NCBI GenBank assembly: GCA_041562555.1
Contig: JBFEXS010000022.1
Location: forward strand, 1 to 24,749
Source of the DNA: Sulfurimonadaceae bacterium
Lineage (GTDB): Bacteria; Campylobacterota; Campylobacteria; Campylobacterales; Sulfurimonadaceae
DNA length: 24,749 nucleotides
Direction of reading: 5' to 3'
Shown here: positions 8,047 to 16,065 of the stretch, piece by piece
How positions within the stretch are numbered: position 1 is the first letter of the stretch
Layout: each line of letters opens with the position of its first letter
Notes under the pieces: model-generated
Told to the model about the DNA's origin: nothing
Database searches by the model: none
Seen by the model: the letters and a program-made list of their open reading frames with translations, nothing else
Position numbers and translations under genes: made by a program

Positions 8047-9009
8047 ATGAACATCGTGAAAAGATTATCGTGGCAATTAAGTGAGCATAGTGTGACGGAT
8101 GAGGCTATCTATAAGCGGCGAAGAGACCTTATGAAGATCGCTGCTTTATCTGGGGCTGCTACAGTGCTTCCGAGTGTTCTGGAAGCCTCACCTGAGTATC
8201 CTGGAAAGGCATTGCAGTACAGTAAAAATCCAAATTATCATGGTCTGAGCCCGACAGATTATGCGAAGATCAGTACGTATAACAACTTCTATGAGTTCTC
8301 ACTTTCAAAAGATGGGCCTGCAAAGTTGGCGCATACGCTTCAGCCCGAACCGTGGACCATTGAGATCAGCGGTGAGGTAGAAAAGGCCATGACAATAGAT
8401 ATGGCGGAGATACTTTCAAAGTTTCCTTTGCAAGAGCGTATTTACCGGTTTCGATGCGTGGAAGGCTGGTCGATGGTGGTCCCTTGGGTAGGGTTTGAAC
8501 TCTCTTATCTGCTTAAAAAGGCTGGTCTGACGTCCAAGTCGAAGTTTGTACAGTTTCAGACGAAGTTTGATCCGGATATGTTTCCCGAACAAAAAGATGA
8601 AGGCTTTTTCGGTAATATTCCTTTTCCCTATGTGGAAGGTCTGCGTATCGATGAGGCCATGCATCCTTTGACCCTGTTGAGTGTCGGCCTTTATGGTAAG
8701 ACGCTCCCCAAACAGAATGGTGCCCCCATACGTTTGGTAGTACCGTGGAAGTATGGTTTCAAAAGTATTAAATCCATTACAAAGATTCATGTCAGCCAGA
8801 CACAGACACGCAGTACATGGAATGAAGTGAATCCCAAGGAGTACGGTTTTTACTCCAATGTGAATCCTGATGTTTCCCATCCCCGCTGGTCTCAGGCTAC
8901 AGAAAGACCTTTGGGCGCTTTTTTCAAGCAAAAGACGGAGATTTTTAATGGATATGGCGCTGAGGTCTCCCAGATGTACAAGGGGATGGATTTACGTGAA
9001 AATTTTTAG
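8047..9009 (+). CDS. msrP: Protein-methionine-sulfoxide reductase catalytic subunit (Tat-exported molybdoenzyme)
   Basis: Twin-arginine signal (KRRRDLMK..LEA). Conserved YNNFYEF, YRFRCVEGWSMVVPW, PYVEGLRIDEAMHPL, QNGAPIRLVVPWKYGFKSIK, EYGFYSNVNP.V.HPRWSQA.ER. Confidence 0.97.
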   Translation: MNIVKRLSWQLSEHSVTDEAIYKRRRDLMKIAALSGAATVLPSVLEASPEYPGKALQYSKNPNYHGLSPTDYAKISTYNNFYEFSLSKDGPAKLAHTLQPEPWTIEISGEVEKAMTIDMAEILSKFPLQERIYRFRCVEGWSMVVPWVGFELSYLLKKAGLTSKSKFVQFQTKFDPDMFPEQKDEGFFGNIPFPYVEGLRIDEAMHPLTLLSVGLYGKTLPKQNGAPIRLVVPWKYGFKSIKSITKIHVSQTQTRSTWNEVNPKEYGFYSNVNPDVSHPRWSQATERPLGAFFKQKTEIFNGYGAEVSQMYKGMDLRENF

Positions 9010-9018
9010 GATGAGTGA

Positions 9019-9615
9019 GTGAAGAAAATTATTTGGACCATAGCTTTTTTACCTTTAATATACATGGGATATAAATTGGCCTGGAACTTTGAATATCCAC
9101 GGTATGTATCAATGTTTATTTATGAACATGGTGGCTCTTTTCTGGGTAAGTCTCCGAATGACCCCTTGAAGTTTATGGCAGACCTTTTAGGTATCAATGC
9201 CATACATTTTCTCATTGCCACGCTAAGTGTTACCCCTTTGAAGTCCTATCTTAAGATCAATCTCATAAAGTATAGACGTCTGCTTGGGCTGTGGAGCTTT
9301 GCCTATGCCTTGATGCATTCACTTTTTTTCTTTATAGCCGACAATGGGGGAAGTATTTCGATGATGATTCAAGATGCCTATAAACGCCCGTTCGTCTTTT
9401 TTGGTCTGGTAGCCTTTCTGATCCTGGGTATGATGGCACTGACCTCATTTAAAAAACTCTATAGCAAGTTTGTCAAATGGCATAAACTGGTATATGTAGC
9501 AACCGTATGTATCGCTTTGCATTTTATGATGAGTCAGAAGGTGATAGGCCTGGACGTAGCTTTGTATGTGGCTGTTTTAGCCTCTCTTTTAGCCCTTCGT
9601 CTTTTAAAGCGATAA
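9019..9615 (+). CDS. msrQ: Protein-methionine-sulfoxide reductase heme-binding membrane subunit
   Basis: Directly downstream of msrP, GTG start. Ferric-reductase-like TM motifs TLSVTPL, YRRLLGLWSFAYALMH, KRPF, ALTS, H.LVY......LH. Confidence 0.92.
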   Translation: MKKIIWTIAFLPLIYMGYKLAWNFEYPRYVSMFIYEHGGSFLGKSPNDPLKFMADLLGINAIHFLIATLSVTPLKSYLKINLIKYRRLLGLWSFAYALMHSLFFFIADNGGSISMMIQDAYKRPFVFFGLVAFLILGMMALTSFKKLYSKFVKWHKLVYVATVCIALHFMMSQKVIGLDVALYVAVLASLLALRLLKR

Positions 9616-10746
9616 TCCCTGTAACTGCTTTTTAAGTCCGACAGCTGCCATGGCATATCCGCCATCAGCGGCATCAATGAAGTGCACTTGCGAGCCCATA
9701 CGTTCAAATACCAAACAGGTCATCAAGGCACGGTCGGTAATGTGTATCCCGTAGCATAGCCGTTGGGCTTCAAACTCTTTTTGCAGATAATTGACTAATG
9801 CTTCGCGCTCATGATGGTGTACGCAACAGGTCATACGCAAGATGTCATCAAATTTTTCCGAGTCGGTCGTCAGTGTGATTTGTTGTTTATATTTTCCCCA
9901 TCGTGTCTCTCCTGTCTGAATATTGAATCGCATCAAAAACCATCCCAAGAGATTGACTAACCAGATGTGCGTTGTAAACTTCATACGGGAAAGCCCCTTG
10001 TGATTTACTTTGGCTTCATGGGAAAGTGTCTCAGGGGAAAAAGAGAGTTTGAGTGTCGACTCCCGAACAGGGTTTCGTTGTTTATATTCTCCCAGATGCT
10101 GATTGATAAAGTGCAGGCTCTGCTTGTACACAGCCAGATCTTTGGCATAGATCAAAAGAGAGATCGTCTCATCTTTGTATGAGTGTATATCTTGCCAACG
10201 ACATTCCAATCCGGTGAAATCAGCTTCCAGAGGTTCGGCGGGAAGCTCATAGCAGTATTGGGGATCCTCTTTTATCATCTTGTCTCCCAGGGACATAGCT
10301 CCGCCCTGAAACAGTGCCTGGAAATAATCTTTGGATACTTTATGTTTAGCGACTTTGAGAGAGGTACCGCGGGAATAGAGTTCTTTGAGTTGGATGGAAC
10401 CTACACGCAGATGCATGTTAAAATGTTCTAAAGAGCGCTGCTTTGTCGCCAAAAGTGCCTTTTTGGCTTGTTGAAAACAGGAGGAGGGAACAAGGATAGA
10501 AGCGCCATCCCCTCCAAAGACATAGGGGATTTCTATTGCTTTGCAGGTATTTAGGACAGCGACAATGCATAAGGCACCGATCAGGTTGACGTCCTTATAT
10601 TTCCCTTCTATGATAGCCGCAGTGGAACCTTGTATATCGGCAATAAAAAGGTGCCAGTCCGGATTGAACTCACAATAGTGATCGGGGTTGAAGCTCTCAT
10701 CAAAACTTTCAAAATGAGAAAGATCTCTCCAGAAATCTTCACTCAT
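9604..10746 (-). CDS. DUF3095 family protein (class III nucleotide-cyclase-like motifs)
   Basis: Family hallmarks PDW...ADIQGST.AI.EGKYKDVNLIGA, PYVFGGDGA, DFTGLECRW, KFDDILRM, YGIH....ALMTCLV, VHFIDAADGGYAMAA..LK. Confidence 0.85.
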   Translation of the reverse strand: MSEDFWRDLSHFESFDESFNPDHYCEFNPDWHLFIADIQGSTAAIIEGKYKDVNLIGALCIVAVLNTCKAIEIPYVFGGDGASILVPSSCFQQAKKALLATKQRSLEHFNMHLRVGSIQLKELYSRGTSLKVAKHKVSKDYFQALFQGGAMSLGDKMIKEDPQYCYELPAEPLEADFTGLECRWQDIHSYKDETISLLIYAKDLAVYKQSLHFINQHLGEYKQRNPVRESTLKLSFSPETLSHEAKVNHKGLSRMKFTTHIWLVNLLGWFLMRFNIQTGETRWGKYKQQITLTTDSEKFDDILRMTCCVHHHEREALVNYLQKEFEAQRLCYGIHITDRALMTCLVFERMGSQVHFIDAADGGYAMAAVGLKKQLQGLSL

Positions 10747-10749
10747 TGT

Positions 10750-11439
10750 CTATTTTTTGATAAATGGATAGAGTTGGTTATTGGTGTAGATGAGCTTGTT
10801 AGAGAGTGCTTCAATGATATTTTTGTACATTTTCACAAAGGCAAGGGCATTGTTGCATGAGATATCGGAATGCATGGAAATACTCAGGATAAAAGCATCA
10901 TCGGAGCTGACAGTAGCTCGGGCTGTCCTGGGTTCTCCGGTGATCGCACCGATTTCACCAAAGACCATCCCCTCTGTCAGCGTAGTCAGATGTGAAAAAG
11001 GATCATCCCCCTCCATCTGTTCATTGAAGCCGTAAATATCGACCTTTCCATTCACGATGTAGAAGATCTCTTTTCCAAAATCACCCTGCTCAAATATATG
11101 AGTGCCCTTACTCGGACGGATGAACTCTGAAGTCTTTGTCAAGCCGACAATCTCTTCATCACTGAGATTATCAAAAAAATGGATCTTTTTTCTTACGGCA
11201 AGCAGCATACTCATTTCACGGGAGAGTTTTTCTCTGTCGATGGGATTGACCATTCCTCCGGGTGTTAGTAGTTTGGTCAGTTTGTCATATTTCATGACTA
11301 CAACCGAGGGAATGACATTATCTTCTAAGAGTATGATTTTTTCCATTCTGTAATCAATGATTTTTTGAACGTAATCAGCAGGTTCTTCTAAAAACTGTTC
11401 AGGAAGTAAGATTTCATCTGGATTTATGGGAAGACTCAT
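10750..11439 (-). CDS. Cyclic-nucleotide-binding domain protein with an N-terminal extra domain; no Crp HTH
   Basis: FFDNLSDEEI, G..IFEQGDFGKEIFYIVNGKVDIY, phosphate-binding cassette FGEIGAITGEPRTARA. The protein ends after the C-helix. Confidence 0.88.
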   Translation of the reverse strand: MSLPINPDEILLPEQFLEEPADYVQKIIDYRMEKIILLEDNVIPSVVVMKYDKLTKLLTPGGMVNPIDREKLSREMSMLLAVRKKIHFFDNLSDEEIVGLTKTSEFIRPSKGTHIFEQGDFGKEIFYIVNGKVDIYGFNEQMEGDDPFSHLTTLTEGMVFGEIGAITGEPRTARATVSSDDAFILSISMHSDISCNNALAFVKMYKNIIEALSNKLIYTNNQLYPFIKK

Positions 11440-11469
11440 GTATCTCTCTATTTTTTTAAGATTTTAACT

Positions 11470-11475
11470 ATTATA
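11470..11475 (-). promoter_or_regulatory. -10 element for the cNMP-binding/DUF3095 unit
   Basis: Minus strand reads TTGTATAAT about 30 nt upstream of the ATG at 11439, in an AT-rich divergent intergenic region. Confidence 0.5.
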
Positions 11476-11538
11476 CAACGTGAGTATTTTATGAAAATTA
11501 AATTAATCTTCTAAGTGTTAATATTCACGATAACCCTA

Positions 11539-11547
11539 TGTTATACT
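11539..11547 (+). promoter_or_regulatory. Extended -10 promoter for the HI0933-family gene
   Basis: TGTTATACT (TGnTATACT), about 20 nt upstream of RBS AAGGA at 11568-11572. Confidence 0.55.
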
Positions 11548-11578
11548 TTCTTCTATCGAACGCGCGTAAGGAAATACA

Positions 11579-12739
11579 ATTAAAGTACATGATCTTGTGA
11601 TATTGGGTGCTGGCGCAAGTGGTTTAATGCTTGCTACACAGCTGTTTGAGAAGGGTGTGAAAGATATTCTGATTCTTGATCATAATCCAAAAGTCGGTAT
11701 GAAGCTCAAGGTCTCCGGCGGTGGAAAATGTAATGTCACGAATGAAGATGTAAGTGAAGATAATTATTATGGGGATAAAGAATTTGTGAAATCTGTGCTC
11801 CATCGATATTCGCCGATGGAGCTTCTGTCTTTTTTGAAGCGTAAAGGTGTCGTCCCGAAAATACGCTCTCTTGGTCAATATTTTTGCCAAAAAAGTGCGG
11901 ATGAGGTCATTAATGCACTTAAGCAGAGCATTCCTGAGAATAGTATAAGACTCTCACGCAAGGTACATGCTGTACGATTGCATGAAAAAGGCTATCTGAT
12001 TCAAACAGATAAAGAGGAGTTCGCGACAAAACATCTTGTCATTGCGACAGGGTCAAATGCCTATCCCCAGGTTGGTGGTAGTGATATCGGTTTAAAACTG
12101 GCAACTGATCTTGAACATCAATCCCATGGGTTTACACCGGTTTTAGTGGGCTGGACAGTGCAAAAAGAGCAGTTTTGGATGAAAGAACTCAGTGGGATTT
12201 CTACTTATGTCAGTATCGATGTAGGGCACAAACGTCTGTTTGGAGATCTTTTGTTCGCACATAAGGGAATCAGCGGCCCGGCTGTTTTGTCTGCGTCACT
12301 TTATTGGAAAAAAGGGATGGTCGAAATCGATTTTCTCCCCAAGACAAGTCTTCAAGATGCATTACGAGAGCATAAGAAGCAGATCTCAACGCAATTGGAC
12401 CTTCCCAAACGTCTTAGCAAACAGCTATTGCAGAGTCTGAATATCGAAGACAAGGCTGTTAAGAACCTGACGAAAGAAGAGTGGCAAAGGCTCTGCGAAC
12501 TTAAAGCATATGCAATGGCTCCGGCCGGTAACTTTGGTCTGAAAAAGGCGGAAGCCTGTAGAGGGGGTGTGTTGACATCGGAACTGGATTCCGGGAGTAT
12601 GCAGAGTAAAATACACAAGAACCTGTATTTTATCGGAGAAGTTGTGGATGTTACAGGTGAGTTGGGAGGTTACAATTTTCAATGGGCATTCAGTTCAGCT
12701 GTCGTCTGTGCTGAAGATTTGGAACAAAAGTTGTTATGA
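11579..12739 (+). CDS. HI0933/BaiN (YhiN/RdsA-like) NAD(P)/FAD-dependent oxidoreductase
   Basis: GAGASG Rossmann motif, G.KLKVSGGGKCNVTN, VIATG..AYPQVG, LLFAHKGISGPAVL, GGV, LYFIGEVVDVTGELGGYNFQWAFSS. I placed the start at ATT 11579; the ORF track uses GTG 11597. Confidence 0.92.
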   Translation: MKVHDLVILGAGASGLMLATQLFEKGVKDILILDHNPKVGMKLKVSGGGKCNVTNEDVSEDNYYGDKEFVKSVLHRYSPMELLSFLKRKGVVPKIRSLGQYFCQKSADEVINALKQSIPENSIRLSRKVHAVRLHEKGYLIQTDKEEFATKHLVIATGSNAYPQVGGSDIGLKLATDLEHQSHGFTPVLVGWTVQKEQFWMKELSGISTYVSIDVGHKRLFGDLLFAHKGISGPAVLSASLYWKKGMVEIDFLPKTSLQDALREHKKQISTQLDLPKRLSKQLLQSLNIEDKAVKNLTKEEWQRLCELKAYAMAPAGNFGLKKAEACRGGVLTSELDSGSMQSKIHKNLYFIGEVVDVTGELGGYNFQWAFSSAVVCAEDLEQKLL

Positions 12740-12764
12740 TACATAAAAATCATAAAGGTGATGT

Positions 12765-13142
12765 ATGCATTTAAGTTTTGCACCGACGCACATTGTGAGT
12801 GCTGATGTCTCTGATGAGGTGATGTTAAATGCTCTGAAAGAGGCTTTTGATCTTCGATTGCGACGCCATGATGAGCCCAAAACAGCAGCCCTGAAAGAAT
12901 TAATGATCAGCGTAGTCCCTATGGAAGAGATTGCATCGTTGGGTATGGAACATCTGCCTTATTTTTTAGACTGTTATTCTGCATGGATAATCTTGGAGTA
13001 TCTCAATCGTCAGGGTACTATCTCCCTTACGGATCTAAACCTTCAGAGAATGTTTGATTTTGAGTATCTGGATGCGATCGTACGCAAATATGAAGATGAA
13101 TATGTTGGACTTGTCCAGAAGATGAGAAACTGTGGAACTTAA
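12765..13142 (+). CDS. Hypothetical protein, 125 aa, mostly helical
   Basis: RBS AAAGGTG. Fills the gap between two co-oriented genes and overlaps the Nudix start by 11 nt. No motif recognised. Confidence 0.7.
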   Translation: MHLSFAPTHIVSADVSDEVMLNALKEAFDLRLRRHDEPKTAALKELMISVVPMEEIASLGMEHLPYFLDCYSAWIILEYLNRQGTISLTDLNLQRMFDFEYLDAIVRKYEDEYVGLVQKMRNCGT

Positions 13143-13542
13143 GACACCTCTTTTATGTGTTGATGGAATCATAGAACTTTATGATGAGGGTGCCCTTCAG
13201 GGGATAGTATTGATCGAACGGCTTAACAAGCCCCATGGTCTTGCCCTGCCGGGTGGATTTGTTGATGTAGGCGAGTCCGTCGAATCGGCCGTGATAAGAG
13301 AGATGAAAGAAGAGACTGATCTGGATGTAGAGATTAAAGCTCTTCTGAATGTCTATTCAGACCCTTCAAGAGACCCGCGTTTTCACACCGCTTCCGTTGT
13401 CTATATTTGTAAAGCAGAGGGGATTCCGAAGGGATTGGATGATGCCAAAGAGGCCTTGGTGTATGCCAAAGGGGAGATACCCTTTGAAAAACTTGTGTTT
13501 GATCATGCACAGATTTTACGGGATTATCTTAATTATTCATAG
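13132..13542 (+). CDS. Nudix hydrolase (ADP-ribose pyrophosphatase-like)
   Basis: Nudix box [27 protein letters not shown], plus [12 protein letters not shown] and L.FDH motifs of the ADPRase/NrtR-N-terminal-like subfamily. Confidence 0.93.
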   Translation: MELKTPLLCVDGIIELYDEGALQGIVLIERLNKPHGLALPGGFVDVGESVESAVIREMKEETDLDVEIKALLNVYSDPSRDPRFHTASVVYICKAEGIPKGLDDAKEALVYAKGEIPFEKLVFDHAQILRDYLNYS

Positions 13543-14417
13543 ATCTCTTTATGGGCAGCTTTATAACGTTTATGACACCAAAACCATGGTTCCGGGTATT
13601 CGATGATCGCTTTACTGAGCCAATCCGATTGTGCTTGTGCCGACTTCAGGATGTCTTGCTGTTCATCTTCTGTTTTGTCTGTGATGATTGGATCATAAAA
13701 GGTGATCACATCTTCTTTACCCGGTGCGTTGTTTATCAGTACGGGCACGATCAGGGCGTCAAACTTTCGGGCCAGAAATGCCGGAGCCGCTGTCTGCGTA
13801 GCTTTTTGCCCAAGGAAGTCAACATAAATTCCGTCTTTTTCCTTTATGCTTTGATCGATCATCATTGAGATGGAACCTTCCCCTTTAAGTGCTTTGACAA
13901 GATGCTTGACGGCTCCTTTTTTTTCTGCCATGTTCATTTTGAACTTTGTACGCGATTTCATAAGGTAGTCATCAAAATAGCTGTCATTCATCTTTTTATG
14001 AATAGTCGTCGTAGGAGAGATCAGGGCGCTGATAGCGGTGGCTCCCAACTCCCAGTTTCCGTAATGGGCAGATATAAAGATGATCTTTTTCCCTTCAGCA
14101 AGTGCTTTGTCAACAAATTCACGATTTTCAAAGGTAACGTTTTGGGCCAGCTCTTCAACGCTCATTTTACTGCTGCGTAGTACCTGTAAAAGGACAAGTG
14201 CAAGGTTTGTATGGCAATACCTGAGAACCGAAGCATATTTTTCTGCTGAGATCTTATCTTTGATGGTGAAGTCCAGGTTGGCTTTGATGATCTTTTTATG
14301 CTTTGTATCGAGTATAAATGCCAGTTTGCCCAAGAACAGGATAAAGCCTTTTTGTAAAGCTTTAGGCAGGGCCAAAAAGATGGTCTCAAAAAAACGAAAT
14401 AAGTAATAGGCGATCAT
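13533..14417 (-). CDS. lpxL: Lipid A late (lauroyl) acyltransferase, HtrB/LpxL family
   Basis: [10 protein letters not shown] (Hx4E), MIDQ, VDFLG..A....[16 protein letters not shown]. The ATG at 14417 has RBS GAGGA; the ORF track extends to TTG 14453. Confidence 0.92.
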   Translation of the reverse strand: MIAYYLFRFFETIFLALPKALQKGFILFLGKLAFILDTKHKKIIKANLDFTIKDKISAEKYASVLRYCHTNLALVLLQVLRSSKMSVEELAQNVTFENREFVDKALAEGKKIIFISAHYGNWELGATAISALISPTTTIHKKMNDSYFDDYLMKSRTKFKMNMAEKKGAVKHLVKALKGEGSISMMIDQSIKEKDGIYVDFLGQKATQTAAPAFLARKFDALIVPVLINNAPGKEDVITFYDPIITDKTEDEQQDILKSAQAQSDWLSKAIIEYPEPWFWCHKRYKAAHKEIYE

Positions 14418-14465
14418 AAAGTGAACTTCCTCGGGTGTTTTAAAGTAAATCAAAATAGTAAAGCA

Positions 14466-14494
14466 ATTATATCGTAAGTGAAATAAGGTATAAT
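14466..14494. promoter_or_regulatory. Back-to-back divergent -10 elements (lpxL and the pglG-like operon)
   Basis: ATTATA at 14466-14471 (TATAAT on minus) and TATAAT at 14489-14494 (plus). Confidence 0.55.
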
Positions 14495-14521
14495 ACGCAC
14501 AAATTTAAACAAAGGCAAAGC

Positions 14522-15430
14522 ATGGTTGCAAGAGACATACAGCAGTTTTCTGAGATACGAACCAAGGCACGTGCATATTTTTGTTATCTTTTTTCAAAGA
14601 ACCTTCCTAACCGTCTTCCGGAGATCTCTGCGGAAGCAGTTGAGAACAGGCTCCGTAAGATCATGGGGGACCAACCGGATTGTGAGGGAGTCTATCTTCT
14701 TGATGACAAAGGGATACAGATCAGCCCAAGTTATCTGCAACATTCGACAAAAAAAGAGGATGCAGGCCAGATCCGTTCAAACCGTGCATATTATTATCGT
14801 GCGATGAAGGAAAAACGCTGTACGATCACCGACCCGTATCCTTCATTGTTGACGGGAGATCTGACGGTAACTGCATCACAGCCTATTTTTGATGAATCAG
14901 GCAAGACGCAATACGTGGCCTGTTTGGATATGCCATTAATGGCAGTGGTAAAACTGGCACATCCGACAGCCGGTTCTTCACTGTTCGGACGAGTCAGTAA
15001 ATTTGCCTATACGGTCTTTTCCATAGCCTTGGCTATGGTCGCTTTATTACTTTTTGTCAAAGGTCTTGAAAGTTTCTTGTCCTATGGTTTTGACTACAAG
15101 GCATTAGAGATCAAATCGATCTTTGAATCGACGATTCTGTTGACACTCTCTTTGGCCATCTTTGATCTGGTGAAGACCATTTTTGAAGAAGAGGTCATGG
15201 GGATACATCGCAGGTCTAATTCCGGGGCAAACCGTACTATGATCAAGTTCTTGGGTTCGATCATCATCGCCTTATCGATTGAAGCGTTGATGTTGGTATT
15301 CAAGTTTGCAATTACCGATCCGGACAGGATGGAACATGCGGTCGCTCTGATCGGTGGTATTGCCGTGCTGACGATCACTTTGGCGGGATATATCAAATTG
15401 ACAAAATTATCAGAAGGTGATGAAGATTGA
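14522..15430 (+). CDS. pglG: PglG-like protein: N-terminal Cache/PDC sensor domain plus C-terminal ~4-TM domain
   Basis: Cache motif YLLDDKG.Q...RS.RAYY..A......ITDPYPS..TG.LTVTAS.PIFD..G...YV.CLD, followed by four hydrophobic helices. Size and position upstream of cheY-prmA-ftsH match C. jejuni pglG as I recall it. Confidence 0.7.
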   Translation: MVARDIQQFSEIRTKARAYFCYLFSKNLPNRLPEISAEAVENRLRKIMGDQPDCEGVYLLDDKGIQISPSYLQHSTKKEDAGQIRSNRAYYYRAMKEKRCTITDPYPSLLTGDLTVTASQPIFDESGKTQYVACLDMPLMAVVKLAHPTAGSSLFGRVSKFAYTVFSIALAMVALLLFVKGLESFLSYGFDYKALEIKSIFESTILLTLSLAIFDLVKTIFEEEVMGIHRRSNSGANRTMIKFLGSIIIALSIEALMLVFKFAITDPDRMEHAVALIGGIAVLTITLAGYIKLTKLSEGDED

Positions 15431-16038
15431 TAGCAATAGTAGACTATAACATGGGCAATCTCGCTTCGGTCAAGAATGCTTTTTCTGTTTTAGGAGAAGA
15501 GGTTATTGTCGAGTCCGACCCGGATAAACTGGGACAATATGACAAGCTGATCCTGCCCGGTGTCGGTGCTTTTGGTGATGCCATGGAGCATTTGCAGGAA
15601 AATGGTATGGATGAGGCTGTTAAATCCTATGCCAAAAGCGGAAACTATATGCTTGGAATCTGTCTGGGGATGCAGCTTCTTTTTGATTCCAGTGAAGAAT
15701 TCGGCTCAAACGAAGGTCTTGGTCTGATCAAGGGTAAAGTGGTCGGGTTCGATCGTTCGAAGTTTTCCCATGATCTAAAGGTCCCTCATATGGGCTGGAA
15801 CAGGATGTTTACAAAGGAACATCCTCTGTTTGAGGGGATGGATCAGGAACATTACCTCTATTTCGTGCACTCTTTTCACGCTCAGTGTGATGATGAAAGG
15901 AATGTGATCGGGGAGACAGAATATGGGTATCGATTCGCATCATCGGTACAAAATGAGAATGTCTTGGGAATACAGCCTCACCCGGAGAAGAGCCATAAAA
16001 ACGGTTTGACGATATTAAAAAATTTCATAAATATATAA
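15427..16038 (+). CDS. hisH: Imidazole glycerol phosphate synthase, glutaminase subunit
   Basis: IVDYNMGNLASV, LPGVGAF, LGICLGMQLL, VPHMGWN, YFVHSF, Q.HPEKS. TTG start overlaps the upstream TGA. Confidence 0.97.
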   Translation: MIAIVDYNMGNLASVKNAFSVLGEEVIVESDPDKLGQYDKLILPGVGAFGDAMEHLQENGMDEAVKSYAKSGNYMLGICLGMQLLFDSSEEFGSNEGLGLIKGKVVGFDRSKFSHDLKVPHMGWNRMFTKEHPLFEGMDQEHYLYFVHSFHAQCDDERNVIGETEYGYRFASSVQNENVLGIQPHPEKSHKNGLTILKNFINI

Positions 16039-16065
16039 AGATTTGATAAAGAAGGATAGACAGGG

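Noticed and set aside
10750..11439. Calling the cNMP-binding protein a Crp/Fnr transcription factor
   Set aside because: It ends right after the C-helix with no C-terminal HTH, and there is no Fnr cysteine cluster.
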